Positions 17,275-25,289 of a DNA stretch of 28,256 nucleotides are shown here, piece by piece (the stretch's first letter is position 1; every line of letters begins with the position of its first letter). The stretch spans positions 1 to 28,256 of the forward strand of contig DASVNY010000082.1 of NCBI GenBank assembly GCA_036383615.1. Reading direction: 5' to 3'. Below the pieces are notes generated by a model that was given only the letters and a program-made list of their open reading frames with translations, searched no databases and was not told the origin of the DNA. Made by a program: the position numbers and the translations under genes. This DNA is from Chitinophagaceae bacterium. Its GTDB lineage: Bacteria > Bacteroidota > Bacteroidia > Chitinophagales > Chitinophagaceae.

Positions 17275-17994
17275 TCAGCCGTTTAATATTTTAGATCCTT
17301 TCAGATAGTTCTTCGCCGGGTAATAAATAAAAAGACAGGTTCCGTTTTTGATCGTGTTGATGATCGTTGCATTTTCTTCTTTGGGAACTGCAGGACAACC
17401 GAAGCTGCGTCCTTTCTTTTCATCACCGATATAATCAGCGCCATGGATCACAATAGCTCTGCGCATCGCTTTATCATTAAAGCCCCGCTCCACGCCATTC
17501 AATCTTAATGACAATCCATTGGCGCCATAATATGTTTGCTGTGTAATATAAAAGCCAAGACTGCTTTGTAAAGAAGAAGGTTTGTTGGAAAACTTTACCG
17601 CTTTATCGATCCCGGAGTTGCGACCATGCGCTACCCAGGTGTTCATCAACACTTCATTGTTTTCGAGATCGATAATGTATAATCTCTTTTGCTTTGAAGA
17701 TTGTGTGAAATCGCAGATGGTCAGGTAACGGGTATTCGTTAAAAGTTCTTTTTCCAATAATACCTGGTAGCCTTTGTAAGCATGTTGAAATGCTTTTTCT
17801 GACAATCCCTTTTCCGCAAGCTGGAGGCTGCTATATAAGGAAGAAGCCTTCGCATCAATGATTGTATTTTTATGGATGGCCTTATCATACAGTGGTGCTA
17901 TAGTTCCTGTTGTGTTTGCCGTTGGCACTACTTCGAAGGATGAGTGCAGCACGAACAGGCCGGACATAGATATGACTGCTATGAGGTTTCTCAA
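17275..17994 (-). CDS. Murein L,D-transpeptidase catalytic domain protein (YkuD_2 type)
   Basis: CDFTQSSKQKRLY, VAHGRNSG, SSLGFY, IVIHGADY and GRSFGCPA (His/Cys catalytic pair); TTG start. Confidence 0.9.
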   Translation of the reverse strand: MRNLIAVISMSGLFVLHSSFEVVPTANTTGTIAPLYDKAIHKNTIIDAKASSLYSSLQLAEKGLSEKAFQHAYKGYQVLLEKELLTNTRYLTICDFTQSSKQKRLYIIDLENNEVLMNTWVAHGRNSGIDKAVKFSNKPSSLQSSLGFYITQQTYYGANGLSLRLNGVERGFNDKAMRRAIVIHGADYIGDEKKGRSFGCPAVPKEENATIINTIKNGTCLFIYYPAKNYLKGSKILNG

Positions 17995-18186
17995 AGGGAT
18001 ACAGATTTCAGCTAACTAACGTTATACGAGTCGAAAATATTATCTGTTATTTCAAAATTCAATGAATAAAATACTGTTCTATAATACGTTGCGAACAAAT
18101 ACGCAAAGCAGTTAGGAACAATGAAGAAAAACTACGAGTGGTTATTTCGGAAATAAGTGTTTCTATTAAAATGCGGTTAACCAGGA

Positions 18187-19230
18187 TCAATTCTCCATGA
18201 TCTTATGCGCATCTCTTTGTTTGCTGATAAATTCATTTGAATAGATCTTCAGCAGGAGTATAAATAAAGAAATAACAAGCGGACCAAATATCAACCCGAT
18301 AAAACCAAAGAGGTTCAACCCAATGATAACACCGAATACGGTTGTCAACGGATGCACATCTCCCAACTTTCTTAATAAGGTAAACCGAAGCACATTATCA
18401 ATGCTGCCGATGATACCAAAACCAAAGACCAGCATAGCGATGCCCTGCCAGTTCTGTCCATTGGCTAAAAAGATAACTGCAATAGGAACATAAGCCAGTG
18501 CTGCACCAACAACAGGTATCATCGCTGCTATGCAGGTGACGCCGAACCAAAAGAAAGGTTCTTTCACCCCGATGATCAAATAACCGATCAATGCAATTAA
18601 TCCCTGCACCAATGCGATCACAGGAATGCCAATCGCATTTGACATTACCATTTTATTGATCTCTTTGCCCACTTTGGCAACGTTCTCATCCCGCAGGGGA
18701 ATATATTCATACAATGCATCTTCCATTTTTCTTCCATTCACCAGCATAAAGTAGAGAATGAAATACATAAAGAAGATCGTGGTTAAGATGTTGAACGTGG
18801 AGCCAAGTATTTGCGGCAGGCTTGATGCGATCACATTTCCAAGCTTATTGATATTCTCATCGCTCACAAGCGTTATATCAAATTGCTGCTCCAGGTTGTT
18901 GACCAGCTTCTTTAATGCCGCTACCAGTTCTGATGAATGCTGGATAGCATACGCAACTTTTGAGGAAAGCATGTTGGCCAGCAGGGCCACCGGCAGCAGG
19001 ATGATGATAAAAGAAACGACCATCAGCAATAATGCTGTCCACCCCTTTCGCCATTTTTTCTTTTCGGTGAGATAAAACATCCGGCGATGCAGCAGGATAT
19101 ATAATGTAATCGCCCCCAATAATGCCGGCAGGAAAGAATAAAGTTGAAGGAAAAGCAACAGACCCAGCAACAATAAAAGAAGAATGAAAAATATTTGCCG
19201 TATCCGGTTCTGATCAATGGTGTTCGCCAT
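18187..19230 (-). CDS. AI-2E family transporter
   Basis: Multi-TM protein with IPVVGAALAYVP, IDNVLR and HPLTTVFGVIIGL.LFGFIGLIFGP; start at MANTIDQ. Confidence 0.92.
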   Translation of the reverse strand: MANTIDQNRIRQIFFILLLLLLGLLLFLQLYSFLPALLGAITLYILLHRRMFYLTEKKKWRKGWTALLLMVVSFIIILLPVALLANMLSSKVAYAIQHSSELVAALKKLVNNLEQQFDITLVSDENINKLGNVIASSLPQILGSTFNILTTIFFMYFILYFMLVNGRKMEDALYEYIPLRDENVAKVGKEINKMVMSNAIGIPVIALVQGLIALIGYLIIGVKEPFFWFGVTCIAAMIPVVGAALAYVPIAVIFLANGQNWQGIAMLVFGFGIIGSIDNVLRFTLLRKLGDVHPLTTVFGVIIGLNLFGFIGLIFGPLVISLFILLLKIYSNEFISKQRDAHKIMEN

Positions 19231-19344
19231 GCAGCAGTTAATATGAGCTAAAATTAAAAAAATAAAGGTTGTTTCTGCGAACAACCTTTATTTAAATACA
19301 GGGCAAATGCATTAAAACTTCAAAAGTTGCTAAAACAGATATGG

Positions 19345-19460
19345 GAGAACACGGATGACACCGATTGAACGGATAAACACAGATTTTTTTTAGACTTGTA
19401 GATAACTGACTACTGATCTATCCGTGAAAATCCCTTTGATCCGTGTCATCTGTGTTCTTT
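19345..19460. repeat. CACGGAT-family palindromic element
   Basis: cacggat ga caccgat tga acggat aaa cacagat, spacer, then atccgtg ... atccgtg tc atctgtg ttc. Confidence 0.85.
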
Positions 19461-19599
19461 TTTCACCAATTATTTTTGTGTGTCTGCTCTGTATTTAGGT
19501 AGTGTTCAATTTTCCACAACACAAAATTATTTCTTTGATTTCCTTAGTGATCTTGATGGGAAAAAATTTCATGTCCACGAAAGAACAAGCTTATTCGTG

Positions 19600-21020
19600 T
19601 TATACTTTCACCAATTTCCATTTTCCTTTCTTGAAATAATACCATGCTGCTATAGCCAATGCGGTTTCGGCAACAGGCATAGCGATAAATGCGCCGGTTG
19701 GCCCCCAGTCAAGTGACCGGCAAGCACCCAGGCCAATGGTATCTGGAACAACCAGAAACAAAACAGGTTTATCCAGGTTGGCGTTTTGCTATCACCGGCA
19801 CCGTTCAATGATTGCAGCATCACCATACCGATACCATAAAAAATATACCCGCTGCCGATGATCTGCAGTGCTTGTATAGCAATACCCTTTACTTCCGGAT
19901 CAGTAGTAAATATGCTCACGATCGGCCCGGAGAAGAATACAAATAGTACCGTTACCAGCGCCATGAAAAACACATTGTATTTCGCGGCTAATATCACGCT
20001 TTCAGCTGCACGTTCCGGTTTGCCGGCACCAAGGTTTTGTCCTACCAATGTAGCCGCTGCATTACTAAGTCCCCAGGCTGGCAGAATAAAGAATATTACA
20101 TTCCGGATGGCGATCTGGTAAGCTGCTGATGCTTCTGTATGTCCTGTTGTTGAAACGAGGTAAGCCAATACGATAAAGCTTCCGCTCATAACAAAGAACT
20201 GGACAATGATGGGCCATCCTACCTGCAACAATGTTTTGATCACCGCCGCATCATATTTGAAATGAACAGGTCGAAGCTTGAGGAATCGTTTACCATTAAA
20301 TAAATGATAGCATTGGTATAGTACACCAATACCGCGTCCGATTGTTGTTGCAATAGCAGCGCCTTTTAATCCCAGTTCAGGAAAAGGCCCATAACCATTG
20401 ATCAATAACGGGCAAAGACAGATATTGATGGCGCTGGCTATCCATAAACTGCGCATGGCCATGCTTGCATCACCCACACCGCGAAATATTCCATTGATAA
20501 GAAACAAAAGAATGATAACGATGGAACCGCCAAACATGATCCTTGTGAATACGGCTCCTTCTTTTACTACTTCCGCTGAAGCTCCCATCATTCGAAGTAT
20601 ATCAGGCGCAAATATGGCTCCCCCAATACTTACCACTACGGTTACCCCAAGTGCGATCAATAATGCCTGTGCGGCAGCATGAGCAGCACCTTCCGGGTTT
20701 TTTTCTCCGGTTCGCCTGGCTACTACTGCTGTGGCGCCGGCGCTAAGACCCATGGCGATGGAATAAATGATCGTAATAACTGATTCGGTCAGGCCAACTG
20801 TTGTCAGTGCATTTTCACTATTGGGCAGGTGACCGACAAAATAGAGATCGACAACTGCAAAAAGTGATTCGAGCAACAATTCAAGGATCATTGGGATTGC
20901 CAAAAGAATGATCGCTTTGCGGATGCTGCCGGCTGTATAGTCATGTTCATCTCCCCTGATCGATTGTTTCAGGAGAGAAAAAAAATGTGATAGTTTATTA
21001 GTTGATGTCGGTTGTGACAT
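19600..21020 (-). CDS. MATE family efflux transporter with an apparent 1-nt deletion frameshift near 19711 (sequencing error or recent pseudogene)
   Basis: LAIPMILE, VDLYFVG and TLVGQNLGAG MATE motifs. After ...LAGH the shifted frame continues DWGPTGAFIAMPVAETALAIAAWYYFKKGKWKLVKV* to TAA at 19600-19602. Confidence 0.9.
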
Positions 21021-21029
21021 GATAAAAAT

Positions 21030-21184
21030 CTTTTGAAATTAAATGAAGTAAGCCCTTTGACAAAGAAAGGACCACAGCTGTTGCAAAGCTGTTTGTCTTT
21101 TTTTTAGATAGTCAGGTTCTGTTTAATGGGGGTGAACCTTAGCAGATCTTCATATTCCTTTTATTAAAAACGAAAACAAATGTA
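21030..21184 (-). promoter_or_regulatory. MATE 5' leader: -7 box, MKIC uORF and alternative hairpins
   Basis: TACATTTG at 21184-21177; aaggaat-ATG AAG ATC TGC TAA at 21153-21139; hairpins ggttc..gaacc, acagc..gctgt and ccttt..aaagg. Confidence 0.55.
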
Positions 21185-21273
21185 ACAGAAATAGGTCGTT
21201 GACTGTAAAAGTATTTGAGTGAACAGCGATTTAAGGGGGATGAATACGGGTCCTGGCTGTGTGGACTATAAAA

Positions 21274-21304
21274 TAAAAAAGCCTCTCTTATAAAAGAAAG
21301 GCTA
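21274..21304 (-). terminator. Intrinsic terminator downstream of the tRNA-like RNA
   Basis: Stem agcct..tctt-ataa-aaga..aggct, followed on the minus strand by TTTTTTATT. Confidence 0.75.
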
Positions 21305-21328
21305 TACTAATCACATAAGAAAAAAATA

Positions 21329-21403
21329 GCTGTAGGGGGAGGGGTCGAATGCCGACGCTTCGGCCGGCACCGAGACCAGCAAAGCTGCGTCTCGGCCTCC
21401 ACG
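21329..21403 (-). repeat. Tandem duplicate of the tRNA-like RNA 3' end (T-arm and acceptor strand) with a 46-nt double-hairpin insert
   Basis: 21329-21349 is identical to 21408-21428 (21 bp) and 21396-21403 to 21429-21436; the insert is 21350-21395. Confidence 0.88.
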
Positions 21404-21406
21404 AGT

Positions 21407-21581
21407 TGCTGTAGGGGGAGGGGTCGAACCTCCACGGGGCAGTTAGCTGAAGTACAAAGATTAGTGGTCAACCCTGGTCGGCCTTACCAATGGTAACGTC
21501 GGCTCTATACTTCGTTTATCCTGTGATCCCCACCCCCGAGACGAGGGGGCATGTCTGCCAAAAATTTCATCACCCCACAGT
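21407..21581 (-). ncRNA. Atypical tRNA-like RNA (class II/Leu-type scaffold, GUC in the anticodon position, 99-nt variable arm)
   Basis: Acceptor (A)CTGTGGGG / CCCTACAG(C)+A; D-arm ATG-AAATTTTTGGCAGA-CAT; CCCCC-TCGTCTC-GGGGG; variable arm closed by GGGG/CCCC; T-arm GGAGG-TTCGACC-CCTCC; own promoter and terminator. Confidence 0.8.
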
Positions 21582-21617
21582 GTGTATCAATTGTTCTTTT
21601 TTAAGAGCTTGATAAAA

Positions 21618-21625
21618 CAAATATA
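21618..21625 (-). promoter_or_regulatory. -7 promoter box for the tRNA-like RNA
   Basis: TATATTTG on the minus strand, 36 nt upstream of the predicted mature 5' end. Confidence 0.6.
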
Positions 21626-21733
21626 GGCTGATCGGCTATCCTATTCCAAATTTTCTAATGATTATTTTGAAATTATAGAAAATGTTCAAATATTTGCAGG
21701 ATATAAGAAAAAACTTCAAAAACAAGTTTCAAA

Positions 21734-22198
21734 ATGGCGGGCAAATTAAATCTTGACAAACTGGATCTCCAGATCATTCATCACATGATGGATAATGCAG
21801 GCATCTCCTATGCTGACCTTGGTAAAAAACTGTTTGTCTCCGGGGGTACTATTCATGTTCGTATCAAAAAACTCCAGGAAGCAGGTATCGTTAAAGGTAC
21901 AAAACTCAATGTTGACCTGAAGCAGTTGGGATATGATGTGATCGCTTTTATCGGTATTTACCTAAAGGAAAGTTCACTCTATGATGCGGTGGCGCGGGAA
22001 CTGCAAAAAATGCCCGAGATCGTCAGGCTTAATTATACCACCGGCAACTATAGCATGTTTGCGGAGATAGTTTGTAAGGATATCTCGCAACTACGTTCGG
22101 TATTGCATGATCAACTGCAAAAAATAAAAGGGATCGAAAGAACCGAAACCTTTATTTCACTGGAAGAAAGCTTTAGCCGGAATGCGAGAGTGATGTAG
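21734..22198 (+). CDS. Lrp/AsnC family transcriptional regulator
   Basis: LDKLDLQII...ISYADLGKKL.VS.GT.H.RIKKL...GIV HTH and a C-terminal RAM domain (YTTGNYSMF, IERTETFISL). Confidence 0.93.
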   Translation: MAGKLNLDKLDLQIIHHMMDNAGISYADLGKKLFVSGGTIHVRIKKLQEAGIVKGTKLNVDLKQLGYDVIAFIGIYLKESSLYDAVARELQKMPEIVRLNYTTGNYSMFAEIVCKDISQLRSVLHDQLQKIKGIERTETFISLEESFSRNARVM

Positions 22199-22229
22199 AT
22201 AAAGGCACATCGTTGAAACTAAATATGAA

Positions 22230-23333
22230 TTACAGTCTTCCTCTCACATTCAACGCATCTCTTAGGCCATTTCCCAACAAATTAAAAGCGAGTACCAATA
22301 GCATGATCGCAAAACCGGGAGCCAGTGCCAGCATCGGGTTCTGTGTAATAATAAAATTATAATTCTCCTTTATCATCAACCCCCAACTTGGCATTGGTGG
22401 TTGCACGCCGACGCCTAAAAAACTTAAGCCCGCTTCGATCACAATAGCAGAAGCAAAATTGCTGGCAGCGATCACCATCACCGGCCCCATGATGTTGGGC
22501 CAGATATGCCTTACGATTGTCCTGATATTTGAAAAACCCAAAGCCCTTGTCGCTTCAACATACTCCTGTTCACGGGCCGATAACACTTGCCCCCTTACTA
22601 ATCTTGCTACACTGACCCACATCGTGAGTCCAACCGCAATAAACACCTGCCAGAACCCTTTACCAAGTGCCAGTGTGATAGCAAACACAAGTAATAGTGT
22701 AGGAATGCTCCAGATAACATTGATGAACCACATGATGATATTATCCGTTCTTCCCCGAAAATATCCTGCTAGCGAACCTAATATCAACCCGATACTCAAT
22801 GAAATTATTACTGTGATCAAACCCACACTCAGGCTCACTCTTGTTCCAACGATCAGCCTGCTTAAAATATCTCTTCCAAACTTATCTGTTCCCAGCAAAA
22901 ATTTTTTCTCCTTGATATTTGATTTGATAAAACCAGAGGATGCACCATTGGTCGCATACAACACCGTATCCTGTGTCACTTCATCTATAAAACGATAAAC
23001 ACGTATGCTATCCGATCCGACCATCTTATACCCGTTTACCGGAACAAAATCATAACGATCTTCTTTTCCGCTCACCAATTTTTTTAAAAAATTTGTTGCA
23101 GCAGGTTTTCTTGCTTTAGGCAAAAGCACAAATGTTTTTGTAAAGCCAGGCTTTTCGCCGCCTATTTCAAGAATAATACGATTAGCATTGGGAGAGGGGT
23201 CGGGGGAAATAAAATAAGCGAACACAACTACCAGCACTGCGAGCCCGATCACGATCAATCCAAAGACAGCGCCTTTATTTTTTTTCAACCTTCGCCAGGC
23301 TGCCCGTTGGAATGTAATTGACTCGTGATTCAT
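22230..23333 (-). CDS. Peptide/nickel ABC transporter permease (DppC/OppC-like)
   Basis: LGTDKFGRDILSR, EAA-loop (EYVEATRALG), IRHIWPN and EAGLSFLG...PSWG; start at MNHES. Confidence 0.92.
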   Translation of the reverse strand: MNHESITFQRAAWRRLKKNKGAVFGLIVIGLAVLVVVFAYFISPDPSPNANRIILEIGGEKPGFTKTFVLLPKARKPAATNFLKKLVSGKEDRYDFVPVNGYKMVGSDSIRVYRFIDEVTQDTVLYATNGASSGFIKSNIKEKKFLLGTDKFGRDILSRLIVGTRVSLSVGLITVIISLSIGLILGSLAGYFRGRTDNIIMWFINVIWSIPTLLLVFAITLALGKGFWQVFIAVGLTMWVSVARLVRGQVLSAREQEYVEATRALGFSNIRTIVRHIWPNIMGPVMVIAASNFASAIVIEAGLSFLGVGVQPPMPSWGLMIKENYNFIITQNPMLALAPGFAIMLLVLAFNLLGNGLRDALNVRGRL

Positions 23334-23351
23334 AAAGCCGAAAGATAAGAA

Positions 23352-23427
23352 CAATAGGCAATTGGCAATAGGCAATTGGGTCATTTGTGATGAGATTGTC
23401 TATTGCCAATTGCCTGTTGCCTATTCC
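23352..23427. repeat. Inverted 7-nt-period array (GGCAATA/GGCAATT units and TATTGCC units)
   Basis: caata ggcaatt ggcaata ggcaatt gg, spacer, then ctattgc caattgc ctgttgc ctattcc. Confidence 0.85.
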
Positions 23428-23435
23428 ATCGCCTA

Positions 23436-24554
23436 TTATCTCACCTTTCTTCCTTTCCACTCATACTTACCAAATTGGCCAAAGAGTCCCGAGATGATCG
23501 TATAAAAAATATGAAGCGGTTGAAAAAAGAAGAACAACTTAATCGCCCATTGCTTATCGAAGAATTTTGCTACAGAAATAAAAAGAGGCAGCTCTACCAG
23601 CGTTTTCGCTACCAGAAGTCCCAAAATCCAAAGCCAAAATTCCAAATTCCAAAAACCTGCAATAGCAAGTACCAAAAAAGAGAAATTAAAAAGATAAACG
23701 AGCAAAAGCACCGGAAGTATTCTTTTATCATCATACTTAGCAGCTTTACTAGCCCAGCGGATTCGTTGGTTAAAGAATTCCTTCCATGTTTTAGCTGGTT
23801 GGGTATAAACGGTCGCCTCCTTTGATTTTAAATAATGAATTCCTTCAGGATACTTGTTTGCGATCTTATACATCAACAGCATATCATCACCTGAAGCGAT
23901 ATGGTCAATGCCATTAAACCCATCCACTTCGTTAAAGACATTTCGTTCATAGGCAAGATTAGCCCCATTGCACATATTCATTTGCCTTTTATGAACCACA
24001 GCCCCGGTAATGCCCTGCAACACCATAAAGTCTATTGCCTGGAACATCTGCAGCACCGCAGAACCGCAGTTAATAGCGACCGGTGCGGCAACTAAAACAG
24101 CTTTTCTTTCCTGTTTAAAAGATGCGATTGTTTGAAGCCACACTTCCAGGGGAACACAATCAGCATCAGTAGTAACGATCAATTCACCAGTGGCAGCAGC
24201 AATACCTGTTTCAATAGCTTTCTTTTTATAAGAATTGAGATTATCGTCTTTTAGCTGTATAAGTTTTGCAAATGCAAACTGCTGAACAATAGCCGCGGTC
24301 CTATCGGTAGAGTGATCGTCTATAACAATTACTTCAAACAGCTCTTTACTATATGTCTGCTCCTGCAAAGCTGCTAACAATTGTCCTATGTTTTCTTCTT
24401 CATTACGGGCGGGGATGATAACAGAGATGGTTGTTTGTGTTGCCTGCTTGCCTGGCTCAAAATAGGGAACAGATTTCCAGGTATGCCAGTAATAAAGAAC
24501 AAGACCGGCATAGGCTATAATAAGTATAAGTAAAAAGATGAGAAGCGCAAACAT
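23436..24554 (-). CDS. Glycosyltransferase family 2, membrane-anchored
   Basis: SVIIPARNEE, VIDDHSTD, TDAD (DxD), SGDD and QRIRW (QxxRW). Confidence 0.92.
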   Translation of the reverse strand: MFALLIFLLILIIAYAGLVLYYWHTWKSVPYFEPGKQATQTTISVIIPARNEEENIGQLLAALQEQTYSKELFEVIVIDDHSTDRTAAIVQQFAFAKLIQLKDDNLNSYKKKAIETGIAAATGELIVTTDADCVPLEVWLQTIASFKQERKAVLVAAPVAINCGSAVLQMFQAIDFMVLQGITGAVVHKRQMNMCNGANLAYERNVFNEVDGFNGIDHIASGDDMLLMYKIANKYPEGIHYLKSKEATVYTQPAKTWKEFFNQRIRWASKAAKYDDKRILPVLLLVYLFNFSFLVLAIAGFWNLEFWLWILGLLVAKTLVELPLFISVAKFFDKQWAIKLFFFFQPLHIFYTIISGLFGQFGKYEWKGRKVR

Positions 24555-24628
24555 GAAACAAAGTAATGGATTAAAGCCTGTTTATTAAAGTTACTTTCTC
24601 CCTATTCCACATAATTTTGTTTTACCCA

Positions 24629-25287
24629 ATGACAATCAAATTCATTACTGCCGTTGCATTTACTGTAGTATTAGCAATCAATTATGGTTGCAGTGAAGCA
24701 AAAACAGGTGCTGAAAAAGCTACTGCTTTTGCAAAAAGCGAAACCTTCTTAACAGCTAAGACTGCCATCGAAACTGCTTTTAAAAATGACGGGCTGGAAC
24801 ATGCTATTTGTTTTGGAAAAGATCAGGCCGGTAATAATATCATTTCGGCGATGAGCACCGGTAGCGGGCACAGTTCCTCGCTTGAAACAGTAACGAATAT
24901 GTTGCTGATATCCACAATCATCCTAAAGGAACTCCACCGTCAAGCGGTGATCTGTATGGATTTATTAGCATGGCTACAGAAAACAAAGAGTACGAAACAA
25001 GATATATTATAACAGCTGGTGAAGCTGTTTATGCTTTTGTATTAACCGATCTGAAAACTGCCAGCGAGTTTGTAAGAAAATATCCGAAAGTATCAAACCC
25101 TGGTTTCCAGCCTGGATTTCCTGATTTTTTAGTTGATGAGTTTAACAGGTTGAGAGCCGTTCATGCTGCGAGTGACGAAATGACGATGGCCTTTATTTTA
25201 AAAAAATACAATGCCGGGGTAACGCTGCTAAAGCAGGATGATAAAGGAATCTTTAAATCCATTGAAACAAAAGCATTCGCCGACTAA
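24629..25287 (+). CDS. Predicted lipoprotein with a JAB/MPN-like metal motif, split by an apparent 1-nt deletion at about 24899
   Basis: Signal peptide ending in YGC and EHAICF in the first frame; the second frame reads VADIHNHPKGTPPSSGDLYGFISMATENK... continuously into ORF 24970-25287. Confidence 0.7.
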
Positions 25288-25289
25288 CA

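Noticed and set aside
21434-21532. Group I intron or tmRNA interpretation of the tRNA-like RNA
   Set aside because: The insert is only 99 nt, lies in the variable region rather than the anticodon loop, and shows no recognisable P7 core. There is no tag ORF, no G3.U70-type tmRNA acceptor, and a full anticodon arm is present.
21407-21581. Calling it a normal tRNA-Asp(GUC)
   Set aside because: The class II scaffold, A discriminator, 8-9 bp acceptor, C33 and U37 all conflict with canonical tRNA-Asp.
22230-23333. Orphan ABC permease without partner subunits
   Set aside because: Dispersed dpp/opp-like genes are common in Bacteroidota, so this is not informative by itself.
23403-23825. 140-aa plus-strand ORF and other short ORFs antisense to or nested in called genes (for example 4054-4452, 22459-22998, 15927-16301 and those within 26887-28131)
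   Set aside because: They fully overlap well-supported genes on the other strand or frame and have no motifs of their own.
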